A DNA stretch of 64,000 nt, taken from IMG/VR virus record IMGVR_UViG_3300027804_002057. One strand, given 5' to 3'. The first letter of the stretch is position 1. Every line of letters begins with the position of its first letter. Of the stretch, positions 37,515 through 46,642 are shown piece after piece. The position numbers were made by a program, and so were the translations under genes. The DNA comes from a virus. A model generated the notes under the pieces. It ran no database searches, had not been told where the DNA came from, and saw only the letters and a program-made list of their open reading frames with translations.

Positions 37515-37733
37515 TTAATTTTCTTCTTCGTTTATTATTTCTATGCAAAGGATATTTTTATCATTAACCATTACCAATCTACCATCTTTTGTTTCAAATT
37601 TAGTAAACTGACCTTGCTTAATTGAATGCGTATCCACCTCATTAAAAGTACGTTTCTCTCCACCAACAAAATGTAGGATTTGAGAAACATATCTTCCTTT
37701 TTTTATTATAGAACTTTTTAAATTAGTTTTCAT
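37515..37733 (-). CDS. Hypothetical protein
   Basis: ORF with TAATG coupling. Confidence 0.65.
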   Translation of the reverse strand: MKTNLKSSIIKKGRYVSQILHFVGGEKRTFNEVDTHSIKQGQFTKFETKDGRLVMVNDKNILCIEIINEEEN

Positions 37734-39430
37734 TACTTTTCAATAACAATATTATTCATAACCAAATAATCAATACCAGATTTATAAAAACAATCAATAG
37801 CATCTGATGGCGATTCTACCAATGGCATTCCATTAATATTAAATGATGTATTTAATACAATTGCATATCCAGAAAGTTTTTCAAATTCGGAAATTAATTT
37901 ATGGTATTTTGGATTTGTTTTTTTAGAAACAGATTGTATTCTTCCAGTACCGTCAAAATGAACAACACCAGGAAGTTTATCTTTATATTCATCTTTAAAC
38001 ATAAACACCTTTTCCATAAAATAAGAATGCTGACCTTTTGGTATGTGGAAATATATGTTTTCTTTTTCTTCTAATACAGAAGGTGCAAATGGTCTAAACC
38101 CTTCTCTATATTTTATAGATGAATTTACTTTATCTTTAACATCATCAAATGTTGGGTCAGCTAAAATACTTCTATTACCCAATGCTCTTTGTCCAAATTC
38201 ACTTTTACCTTGAAACCATGCAATAATATTTTTTTCTCTTAATTTTTTAGCTGCAAATACTTCTACATCATCAACAATTGTAAATTTAATTTTTCTCTTT
38301 TTAAGTTCTGAAATTATATCGTTATCAGAAAACTCAAATCCATAATAGTTATGTTGTAATTTTGGTAAAATTGTTTTTTGGTTTTTATCAAATACCAATC
38401 CATATAAAGCAGAACCTATTGAAATTCCACTGTCATCAGGACTTCCGCCTATATGTATATTTTCATATTGTGTTTTTTCTAAAATCTTTCCGTTTAAAAC
38501 AGAATTCATAAAAAATCCACCAGCCACAATAATATTTTTAGATTGTGTTTTTGATTGTATATTATTTAATATTTCAATACTAACATCTTCTGCAACCTTT
38601 TGTACAGCAGCTACTAAGTCATAATGATATTCAGTAAGTTCTTCTAATTTACTTATAGGATTTCCAAACTCTTTTATAAATTTTGGAGAAAAGTAATTCT
38701 GAGTAAAAAACATATAGTGTTCAAAATAACTTAAATCCAATTCAAAATTCAAATCATCAAGTTTAATTAAATTCCTTACCTTATCATAATATTTGTTTGG
38801 GTTTCCTAAAGATGCCAATGCCATAACTTTCCACTCATCTCCGTTTGGATGGAATCCCAAAAATTCAGTAAATGTTGAATAAAAACTACCAAGAGAATGT
38901 GGTGTTCTCAAATTTGATATAGCTTCTATTTTAGAATAATCAATTGTTCCAATCAACCCAGTTGTATTTTCACCAAAGCCATCTGCTACAAAATAATCTG
39001 AACTTTCAAACCCAGAAGTAAAAAATGAATTTGAAAGATGTGCATGGTGGTGGTTTACAAAATGAACTTTTATGTTTGAATTTATTGTTTTAATTTCCTG
39101 TTCTATTTGTAACGAGTTATACTCAGACATTGATGCTAATTCGTTAAGAGCTAGATATGCCATCTTACCTCTATCTTTTAATGCATCACTTATAGTATTA
39201 TCTGAACGATACATATATGTTGCAGGATTCCAACCAACATATACATCTGTTATATCTTCAAAAGATACTCCTGCTATTTTGCAACAATATTTTATAGATT
39301 GTTTAGGAAAGTTTTTATCTCTCTTTAATCTACTTAATCTTTCTTCTGTAATTGCTGCTTTAATTTCTCCATCAATAATCAAGCATGCCGAAGAATGAAA
39401 TCCACTTATATTAATTCCTAATATTACCAT
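37733..39430 (-). CDS. O-carbamoyltransferase (NodU/CmcH/TobZ family)
   Basis: EERLSRLK, HHHAH, ADGFGE, EWKVMALAS, EFGQRALGNRSILADP, FRPFAP, LNTSFN. Confidence 0.92.
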   Translation of the reverse strand: MVILGINISGFHSSACLIIDGEIKAAITEERLSRLKRDKNFPKQSIKYCCKIAGVSFEDITDVYVGWNPATYMYRSDNTISDALKDRGKMAYLALNELASMSEYNSLQIEQEIKTINSNIKVHFVNHHHAHLSNSFFTSGFESSDYFVADGFGENTTGLIGTIDYSKIEAISNLRTPHSLGSFYSTFTEFLGFHPNGDEWKVMALASLGNPNKYYDKVRNLIKLDDLNFELDLSYFEHYMFFTQNYFSPKFIKEFGNPISKLEELTEYHYDLVAAVQKVAEDVSIEILNNIQSKTQSKNIIVAGGFFMNSVLNGKILEKTQYENIHIGGSPDDSGISIGSALYGLVFDKNQKTILPKLQHNYYGFEFSDNDIISELKKRKIKFTIVDDVEVFAAKKLREKNIIAWFQGKSEFGQRALGNRSILADPTFDDVKDKVNSSIKYREGFRPFAPSVLEEKENIYFHIPKGQHSYFMEKVFMFKDEYKDKLPGVVHFDGTGRIQSVSKKTNPKYHKLISEFEKLSGYAIVLNTSFNINGMPLVESPSDAIDCFYKSGIDYLVMNNIVIEK

Positions 39431-40197
39431 ATACAAATTTTTTGAATGTCCTGTCCACCTCTATATCCCCAAAATGCCTGAAGGTATCCTCTATGCGTTG
39501 GCATGTTCATCATCGGAGTAAGACACGTTCCAATATCAATATAGGAATTATCGGGAAAATCTCTGAATAATTCATATACTGCCAAATTGGTGAATGTAGA
39601 AGCTGAGAATAAGAACACATGATTTTTGATGTTGTTCTCTCTAATCCATTGTTTAATTTCTTCAATTTTATCATAATCATTTATAAATGCGTTATAACCC
39701 ACTCTAAAGTCTTTTACAACAAATGGGAGTTTAGATATATCTGCATCTTTATGTCCAACAAATACACAATCTTTACTATAAAGAATTGGAAGTGTATGTG
39801 TCACAAATAAAGGATAATTGCCATTAACCCAAAGATTTGCCCATGTCAAGCTATCATCATCCCCACCATGCAAATCTAATTGAAATTTAAATGCATCATC
39901 ACCAACACAACATTTACAACTAATACCTTTATAGTAATTTGATTGTTTATGTTGATATGCTTCGATTAATTTATTTCTAAATTCTATGTGTTCCAATGGA
40001 TTATAATGTTTAAAATCTGGCGCTTGATATACACCAGGACTTTTTGTTTCACCAACTTGAATTACATCTGCACTTAATTTTAATTCTTTATTTTCTAAAA
40101 TTGATAGTTCACCATCAGAATAGCGAGCAAAACCAAAATGTTTGTTATTTCTAATCATTTCGGTAAATTTAATAAAATCTTGTCTAAAGTTCTTCAT
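39424..40197 (-). CDS. GT-D fold (DUF1792-like) glycosyltransferase
   Basis: FARYSDGE and YIDIGT motifs. Confidence 0.65.
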   Translation of the reverse strand: MKNFRQDFIKFTEMIRNNKHFGFARYSDGELSILENKELKLSADVIQVGETKSPGVYQAPDFKHYNPLEHIEFRNKLIEAYQHKQSNYYKGISCKCCVGDDAFKFQLDLHGGDDDSLTWANLWVNGNYPLFVTHTLPILYSKDCVFVGHKDADISKLPFVVKDFRVGYNAFINDYDKIEEIKQWIRENNIKNHVFLFSASTFTNLAVYELFRDFPDNSYIDIGTCLTPMMNMPTHRGYLQAFWGYRGGQDIQKICIW

Positions 40198-41191
40198 CTA
40201 ATATTTTTTTAATCTTTTCGGCTGCTCTACCATCTCCATATGGACAAGGTCTACAAATATACGAATTATATTCCAATTTAACAAATAATTCTTTTAAATC
40301 TTTTGGAGAATCACATAAATAAAGATGTCCAGTCCCAATACCTTCCGGTCTTTCGGTTGTTTTTCTACAAACAATAACTTTTTTATTAAAGAATGAACCT
40401 TCTTCTTGCAATCCACCACTATCGGTAATTACTAATTTACAATCTTTAAGAATGGTTATTGTTTCATCATGTGTTAATGGTTCTACTACATTTATATTTG
40501 TAAGTAAATTCTTATGTTTCTGAACATTTGGGTTAGGGTGAAGTGGGAGTACAAACTTTAAATTAGGATACATTTTAGCTAAGTTGTTTATTTCAACAAA
40601 CCATTCATCCATCCAATGATGATTTTCTCTACGGTGCATTGTAACTAAGATAGTATCACCATAACTACCCTTATCATACTTCATAAGATTATCCAATACA
40701 GTATTTCCAACTATGTGAATATCTCCTTTTACTCTTTCAGCATCTAAGTTCTCAGCGGAAAGTTGTGTTGGCGCAAAGTTAATGTCTGCCAAGCGAGCTA
40801 TCATTTGTCTGTAACCTTCCTCTGGATAAGGATTTTCTAAATCGTAACTACGGAGTCCCGCTTCTAAATAGTAAACCTTTATTCCTCTATGAAACGCTGC
40901 TAGCGCACAAGCAAACGCAGAAGCTGTATCACCCTGCACCAACACACCGCTGAAGTTGTAATTTGGAAAATATTCCATACAACCAATCATAATAGAATCC
41001 AATCTAGTATGACGAAAAGTTTCTTCTATACTAACTCTAAAATCAACTCTTATATCTTTAAGTAAATCCTCATGCTGACCTGTGAATAAGAGTTTATAAT
41101 CTTTCTTATTCATAATATCAATCAATGGTTTTACTTTTAACCATTCTGGTCTAGTACCAAAACATATTAATATTGGGTCTTTCTTATTCAT
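40184..41191 (-). CDS. wecB: UDP-N-acetylglucosamine 2-epimerase (non-hydrolysing)
   Basis: FGTRPE, TGQH, VQGDT, EAGLRS, PYPEE, HRREN, TDSGGLQEE. Confidence 0.93.
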   Translation of the reverse strand: MNKKDPILICFGTRPEWLKVKPLIDIMNKKDYKLLFTGQHEDLLKDIRVDFRVSIEETFRHTRLDSIMIGCMEYFPNYNFSGVLVQGDTASAFACALAAFHRGIKVYYLEAGLRSYDLENPYPEEGYRQMIARLADINFAPTQLSAENLDAERVKGDIHIVGNTVLDNLMKYDKGSYGDTILVTMHRRENHHWMDEWFVEINNLAKMYPNLKFVLPLHPNPNVQKHKNLLTNINVVEPLTHDETITILKDCKLVITDSGGLQEEGSFFNKKVIVCRKTTERPEGIGTGHLYLCDSPKDLKELFVKLEYNSYICRPCPYGDGRAAEKIKKILDEEL

Positions 41192-41951
41192 TTACTAATT
41201 TCCAACCTTTTAATCTTTGTTCTCTAAAATACTGATTCATTAATTCTTTGAAAGGAACTCCCTCTACACTTTTTTGATTTGATTCCCAAAGTGAAGCAGA
41301 ATCTCCACCATAAGTTCCACCCTTTATACTTCCCCACATTTCGATATCGGAACGAGGATGTGGTGGAACATATGTATTAATTCCAGCATACTTTTGCAGC
41401 ATATAAGAGAAGTGCATATCCTCACCACAAGTATTATACTTTGGGTCTGGTTGTTCTCTCCACATATGAGATAACCACTCTTTTTTGAAGAACCAACTAT
41501 GTCCAACTAAATCAACCTGAACAGTCTTATCGTTATTACCCAAATCAGGCCATCCGAATCTTAAGTAGTGTTCATAGTAAGATGAGTATTGTGGTGGTAA
41601 TGGAACTGGATATAGTAATCCTACCGTACCTAACAAGCCTTCTTTCTCTTTCATTGTGTTCATACAATTCTCTAACCATTTCTTACCGGGAATTGTATCA
41701 TCATCAAAAATACACACATAAGGATTCTTAGCCATAAATGCGAAAGCAAATCGTGCCCATACACCAAAGTTATAGTTACAATATGCACCAGCAATTTCAG
41801 TACCAATATCGTAATTAATCAAATCATTATCACCGGGATTGTTATACCAAAAAAGTATTTCATCCGGTGGTAATGTTTGATTTTTAAGAGCCTCTAATTG
41901 TTCATTAAGATTCTCTGCTCGTTTGTAACCATTTAGTATAACTGTTATCAT
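41184..41951 (-). CDS. GT-A fold glycosyltransferase (GT2-like)
   Basis: VILNGYKR, CIFDDDTIPG, GEDMHFS. Confidence 0.8.
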   Translation of the reverse strand: MITVILNGYKRAENLNEQLEALKNQTLPPDEILFWYNNPGDNDLINYDIGTEIAGAYCNYNFGVWARFAFAFMAKNPYVCIFDDDTIPGKKWLENCMNTMKEKEGLLGTVGLLYPVPLPPQYSSYYEHYLRFGWPDLGNNDKTVQVDLVGHSWFFKKEWLSHMWREQPDPKYNTCGEDMHFSYMLQKYAGINTYVPPHPRSDIEMWGSIKGGTYGGDSASLWESNQKSVEGVPFKELMNQYFREQRLKGWKLVNE

Positions 41952-42949
41952 AATTCTCTTTTTATTCTTTGTAACCAAACTTCTTTTGAAAAACAAGCTT
42001 CATAATTAGCCTTTGCCATTTCCGAACACTCATTGTAAAATTCAACATCATCCTTTAATCGTATTGCTAATTCTCTTGCACTCTCTAAATCATTTACAGC
42101 TACTGATAATGATGGGTGGCAGAGTAATTGAGTATCTACATCTTGGTTTCCAATACAAGGTATTCCAAAATATGCACAATTCAGAGCAAATGTACCAGCT
42201 GCTACTGTTGGCATTAAGTGAACTCCATATTTAAATGTTGATAAATTTTGCATCCATTCATTCCACATCATTCTTGGTAAATGCTTTATTGTACCACCCA
42301 TATCCTCACCATCTCTCATAGCGTGAGATGTTTGTGCCCATATATCACACTCAAAAATATCAGCTATAATAAAACTTTCAAATCCACCATACCATCTTGC
42401 TAAGTTACCGCCAATGATTACTTTATTCTCTTTTATTGGAGTTATATCTTTAACTAATGTATCAATCATTAATGTACCAATTGGTCTAACATCTTTATCC
42501 CAAAAAAGACCTTTATAGTAAGGCACATCAAATTCATTATGAGTAAAAATAGAATCACAACTTTGAAGAAAATTATAAAAATGAATTTGGTCATTTACTG
42601 AATAATCATTCCACCACCAATGAGGTCCTTCTTGTACATAGTGTACTTTTTTGTTTCCTCTTTCTTTTAACTTTTCAACTATTGGTTGTTGTAATAATTC
42701 AGAAACTGGATTTATTCCATTTACCAAAGAGCTACCTTCGGAACTGAGAAATGTTTTGCCTTTTGGAAATATAATAAACACATGGTCATAATTAACCAAA
42801 TTCTTATCGGAAGCAAATAGGTGAATGTTATAATGGTCAGCATCTAAAGCATGCATCCAAGCAAACTCCGTTCTCATATTTGGATGGGTAGCTGGAATTT
42901 TACCAATAAATCCCATTTCAGTTAGAAAAGCTATCTTAGATTGTATCAT
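41948..42949 (-). CDS. GT-B fold glycosyltransferase
   Basis: C-terminal GTFALNCAYFGIPCIG donor-binding region; operon context. Confidence 0.7.
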   Translation of the reverse strand: MIQSKIAFLTEMGFIGKIPATHPNMRTEFAWMHALDADHYNIHLFASDKNLVNYDHVFIIFPKGKTFLSSEGSSLVNGINPVSELLQQPIVEKLKERGNKKVHYVQEGPHWWWNDYSVNDQIHFYNFLQSCDSIFTHNEFDVPYYKGLFWDKDVRPIGTLMIDTLVKDITPIKENKVIIGGNLARWYGGFESFIIADIFECDIWAQTSHAMRDGEDMGGTIKHLPRMMWNEWMQNLSTFKYGVHLMPTVAAGTFALNCAYFGIPCIGNQDVDTQLLCHPSLSVAVNDLESARELAIRLKDDVEFYNECSEMAKANYEACFSKEVWLQRIKREL

Positions 42950-43565
42950 ATAAAGCGTTTTGTTTTTCTTGTCTTTCAATTTGCTTGTGATGATATAAAC
43001 AATAAATTTCTTCTTGAGGAAGAACTGAAAGTGTATTGTATCCTACAATTCTTTCATGCACTTTTCCCTGCCATTCAATTTCCGAAGTTCTTCTATAAAG
43101 ACGTGTTTGATAATCGGGAAAGTTTACCCATCCGTTTTCGTTTACCTTCCATCCCCATTTTTGAATATGAGTATCAGTCAATCCATTTACGGTATTAATT
43201 CTAGGAACAAAGAAAAGGTCTACATCTTTATTATATTCTAAAAAAGTATGTATATTTTCAACTAAATATTCAGATGGCATTTCATCCGCATCTATTTGAA
43301 ATATAAAAATTCCGCTTGCATGATTTTTTAAATTATTTTTATATGAAGCAAAATCCTTATTTAGTGCAAAAGGTATAACCTTTATATTATTGTGCAATTG
43401 ATTAATAATTGCCAAATAATCTTTTACCTGAGAACTAACCGAATCGGTATCATATTGTATTAAAATCTCATCTTCAGATTTTATTCTAGGGTGTAGAAAA
43501 TTTATTAAGTTAGTAATTTCAACAAGTTCATTACAAACTGTTATTGCGTATGTAACATTTATCAT
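42936..43565 (-). CDS. GT2 glycosyltransferase (beta-1,4-glucosyltransferase-like)
   Basis: YAITVCNE, IFQIDADE, FPDYQTRLY, WQGKVHE. Confidence 0.88.
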   Translation of the reverse strand: MINVTYAITVCNELVEITNLINFLHPRIKSEDEILIQYDTDSVSSQVKDYLAIINQLHNNIKVIPFALNKDFASYKNNLKNHASGIFIFQIDADEMPSEYLVENIHTFLEYNKDVDLFFVPRINTVNGLTDTHIQKWGWKVNENGWVNFPDYQTRLYRRTSEIEWQGKVHERIVGYNTLSVLPQEEIYCLYHHKQIERQEKQNALYDTI

Positions 43566-43570
43566 AGGTA

Positions 43571-43602
43571 CAAATATAATACTTTTTTTTTAATTTACCA
43601 AA
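43571..43602 (-). promoter_or_regulatory. Bacteroidota primary-sigma promoter heading the main glycan operon
   Basis: TTTG-N20-TATATTTG ending 5 nt before the ATG. Confidence 0.75.
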
Positions 43603-43656
43603 TATAATTTATGTATATGTATATATAGATATAAATATAAGATTTTAAGTTAAAAC

Positions 43657-43691
43657 AATAAAAAATGGGTAACTTTTTTTAGTTACCCATT
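43657..43691 (-). terminator. Rho-independent terminator after Gly-Thr-Ser repeat gene
   Basis: 11-bp inverted repeat AATGGGTAACT/AGTTACCCATT with 6-nt loop, followed by U-run on minus strand. Confidence 0.8.
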
Positions 43692-43714
43692 AGATTTATT
43701 TTATTTAATTACTA

Positions 43715-46096
43715 TTAGTAAGTTTGAACAGTTACCCAAGTTGAACCATTGTGGAACATTAAATATGCATTACCTGTTGAACCAGATGCGTATAACATAC
43801 CACCTTGCCCAGTTGGTGGATATTGATTAGGAATAAGATGAATTCCAGAATACAAATCAACAGAACCACTAACCGTTAATATTTTTTGAGTTGGTTCAAA
43901 TCTTAAATCAGCTTCAACATATCCACCTGATGTTGCGTTATGATATGTAATAAGCCCATTATCAGTTGTACCATTTAGTACTAGCAATCCGTTTGTACCA
44001 CTAACTCCAGAAGTTCCAGATGTACCACTTGTACCACCACCACCAGTTAATCCAGATGTACCACTACTTCCCGAAGTTCCAGATGACCCGTTTTCACCAG
44101 CCACACCATTACTACCACTTGTACCAGATGTACCATTAGTACCAACGCCGTTTAATCCAGAAGTACCAGAACTACCCGATGAACCATTTGAACCTTCTAA
44201 TCCGCTTGTTCCCGAAGTCCCAGATGAACCTGATGTTCCGGCTCCACCAACAACTCCAGAAGTTCCAGAAGAACCGCTTGTACCGGATGAACCATCATTA
44301 CCAACACCATTAACACCAGAAGTACCACTTGTACCAGAAGTACCACCACCACCAGCAGCTCCGGTATTTTCTACTCTCACACTACCACCACCCAAATCAG
44401 AAATTGAAAAAGCAGAACCACTAAATGCAATAGTTGTTACATTTTGTAAATTAAATGCACCAAATGATGCACCACTATAATTTCTTACAGATAAAGATGC
44501 TCCAAAAGAAGATGTTGGTACTAATCTAGTAATGTTACCAGCACCACCAACCCATGTATATCCACTTGCCAATGATGCGGAGAATGAGCCAGATAATTGA
44601 ACATCGTTTCCTGTACCATATGTATTTGATGTTCCGATTTGAGCAAATATACCACTACCAAATGATGAAGTTGCTACTAATGCAGTCACACCACCAGCAC
44701 CACCAACCCAAGCATATCCACTTGCTAATGAAGCGGTTAATGTACTTGATGCAGAAACACGACCAGTTACTGTCAATAAACTACCATCAAATAATAAGTT
44801 AGTATTTACCGTTGAGTTTGGTACATTAAATGTAACTACTCCATTTAAAGTAAATCCATTTAAAGTTAATGCACCAGCCGTTAAAGAAGATGTTGTAACT
44901 AATCTTGAAACATTACCAGGTCCACCAACCCACATATAACCATTTGCTAAAGATGCGGATAAAGAACCTGTAATTTGTATATCATTTGTTGTTGCGTAGA
45001 ATGAACCAGTTTGTACAAAAATACCACTACCACCACCAGCTCCAAATCCCAATGCGGTAATTTGAGCTGCTCCAGATATAATTGCTGAATTTTTAAGAGA
45101 TGCCGTGTATGCTTCTAATCCATTTATTTCTGCTCTAATAGAACCTGTAAATGTATTTAATGATGCAGTTGTTTGCCATACTCTTGCTAAAGATGCAGTT
45201 GTAATATTAAGAGATGCAGTTGTTTGTTGTAATCTTTGAATCGTTGCATCAGTTGAACCAGTATATGTGTTTAAAGATGCAGTTGTTTGTTGTAATCTTT
45301 GAATTCTTGCATCAGTTGAACCAGTATATGTGTTTAAAGAAGCCGTTGCTTGTTGTAACGTAGCTATTTGAGTTGCAGTTGAACCAGTAAATGCGTTAAG
45401 TAAACTTATATCAGTAACAGAAGTACCAGATGTACCACCACTACCAGCAGTTCCGTTTGTACCAGAAACGCCAGATGTACCGCTTGTACCAGACGTTCCA
45501 GATGAACCACCACTACCAGCAGTAGAATTTGTTCCAGATATTCCAGAAGTACCAGAAGTACCAGATGAACCACCACTACCAGCAGTACCTGTTGTACCAG
45601 ATGTACCCGCTTGCCCAGTTGCTCCAGCTGTATTAATATACCAAGAAGAAATTCCGGTAGTACTACCAACGATAGAAGTTACATTAACAACAAACGAACC
45701 ATTACCACTATTGTAAGATACAACAGTTGCATTTAATACATTATTAGAATCATAAGATATGATTGTTTGTTGGCCAGGTGTCCATTTTAACCCAGTACCT
45801 ATTGTAAAAGTCTTTGAACCTAAAGATACATCATGCGTATCATTTGATGTGGATGCATAACGGTCACCATCTGAACCAGACGTACCCGATGTACCAGATG
45901 TACCACCACTACCAGCAGTACCGGTAGAACCGGTTGCACCTGATGTTCCTGAAGTTCCTGATGTACCAGCCGTACCACCACTACCAGCCGTTCCTGATGT
46001 ACCTGCTAAAATTTGGGCTTGTAAATAATCCAAATTGTCATCCATCTCCTGTGCGCTTAGCGGAGACCCCTTTGATAAACGTTTAACTAATGCCAT
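43715..46096 (-). CDS. Fibre-like probable virion protein with Gly-Thr-Ser triplet repeats
   Basis: KRLSKGSPLSAQEMDDNL N-terminal motif; three (G-T/S-S)n tracts; three SASLAxGYxWVGG repeats. Confidence 0.8.
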   Translation of the reverse strand: MALVKRLSKGSPLSAQEMDDNLDYLQAQILAGTSGTAGSGGTAGTSGTSGTSGATGSTGTAGSGGTSGTSGTSGSDGDRYASTSNDTHDVSLGSKTFTIGTGLKWTPGQQTIISYDSNNVLNATVVSYNSGNGSFVVNVTSIVGSTTGISSWYINTAGATGQAGTSGTTGTAGSGGSSGTSGTSGISGTNSTAGSGGSSGTSGTSGTSGVSGTNGTAGSGGTSGTSVTDISLLNAFTGSTATQIATLQQATASLNTYTGSTDARIQRLQQTTASLNTYTGSTDATIQRLQQTTASLNITTASLARVWQTTASLNTFTGSIRAEINGLEAYTASLKNSAIISGAAQITALGFGAGGGSGIFVQTGSFYATTNDIQITGSLSASLANGYMWVGGPGNVSRLVTTSSLTAGALTLNGFTLNGVVTFNVPNSTVNTNLLFDGSLLTVTGRVSASSTLTASLASGYAWVGGAGGVTALVATSSFGSGIFAQIGTSNTYGTGNDVQLSGSFSASLASGYTWVGGAGNITRLVPTSSFGASLSVRNYSGASFGAFNLQNVTTIAFSGSAFSISDLGGGSVRVENTGAAGGGGTSGTSGTSGVNGVGNDGSSGTSGSSGTSGVVGGAGTSGSSGTSGTSGLEGSNGSSGSSGTSGLNGVGTNGTSGTSGSNGVAGENGSSGTSGSSGTSGLTGGGGTSGTSGTSGVSGTNGLLVLNGTTDNGLITYHNATSGGYVEADLRFEPTQKILTVSGSVDLYSGIHLIPNQYPPTGQGGMLYASGSTGNAYLMFHNGSTWVTVQTY
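45212..45340 (-). repeat. 63-nt tandem duplication (SLNTYTGSTDAxIQRLQQTTA x2)
   Basis: Near-identical direct repeat. Confidence 0.88.
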
Positions 46097-46170
46097 TTTA
46101 TATTATGTTGCGTATTTTGAGATTTATACACAAGTAAATATAATTAAAAGGTAAAAGAAGAAGATTGTAC

Positions 46171-46641
46171 CTATTTAATATATTGAGTTAATACTTCTTT
46201 TTTGAACTTTACCAATTCAATGTTTTTTATGTTTTTGGTAATATAAGTTCTGTAAGTAGGTATATTTTGATTATATATCCTACTTTGGGCCACAAATTGA
46301 TTGAATATTTTACGTCCATCTTTGTTATCAAGAATTAAAATATCTTCCAATCTTTCGGATTCAGTTATTAAATTTTCAGTAATAGCGGGTTTATAAAGTT
46401 TTTTTAACCACCTAAAAAACTCCTTTGGCTTAACTAAACTAATTTTTAAAGCAGATATAACTTTTGTTGGAGATATTCCTATAACAAAAATGTAAGATGT
46501 TTCCACACCTGCTAAACTCTTTGTTTTACCATCTTTGTAAGTATAACTATTAATTTTGTATATGTTTCTAGGTCTTATCAAATTTTTAGAAACACTTTCT
46601 TCATACTCAATTAATGGTATATACTCTTTTGAAAATGGCAT
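46171..46641 (-). CDS. Basic hypothetical protein
   Basis: ORF between GT4 and fibre genes. Confidence 0.65.
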   Translation of the reverse strand: MPFSKEYIPLIEYEESVSKNLIRPRNIYKINSYTYKDGKTKSLAGVETSYIFVIGISPTKVISALKISLVKPKEFFRWLKKLYKPAITENLITESERLEDILILDNKDGRKIFNQFVAQSRIYNQNIPTYRTYITKNIKNIELVKFKKEVLTQYIK

Positions 46642-46642
46642 T

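Noticed and set aside
24626-43565. Bacterial O-antigen or capsule locus / host contamination
   Set aside because: Contiguous with phage genes on the same strand, same promoter motifs, and no flippase, polymerase or chain-length genes
45212-45340. Direct repeats as template/variable repeats of a diversity-generating retroelement
   Set aside because: Repeats are tandem and in-frame, differences are not adenine-specific, and no reverse transcriptase is present
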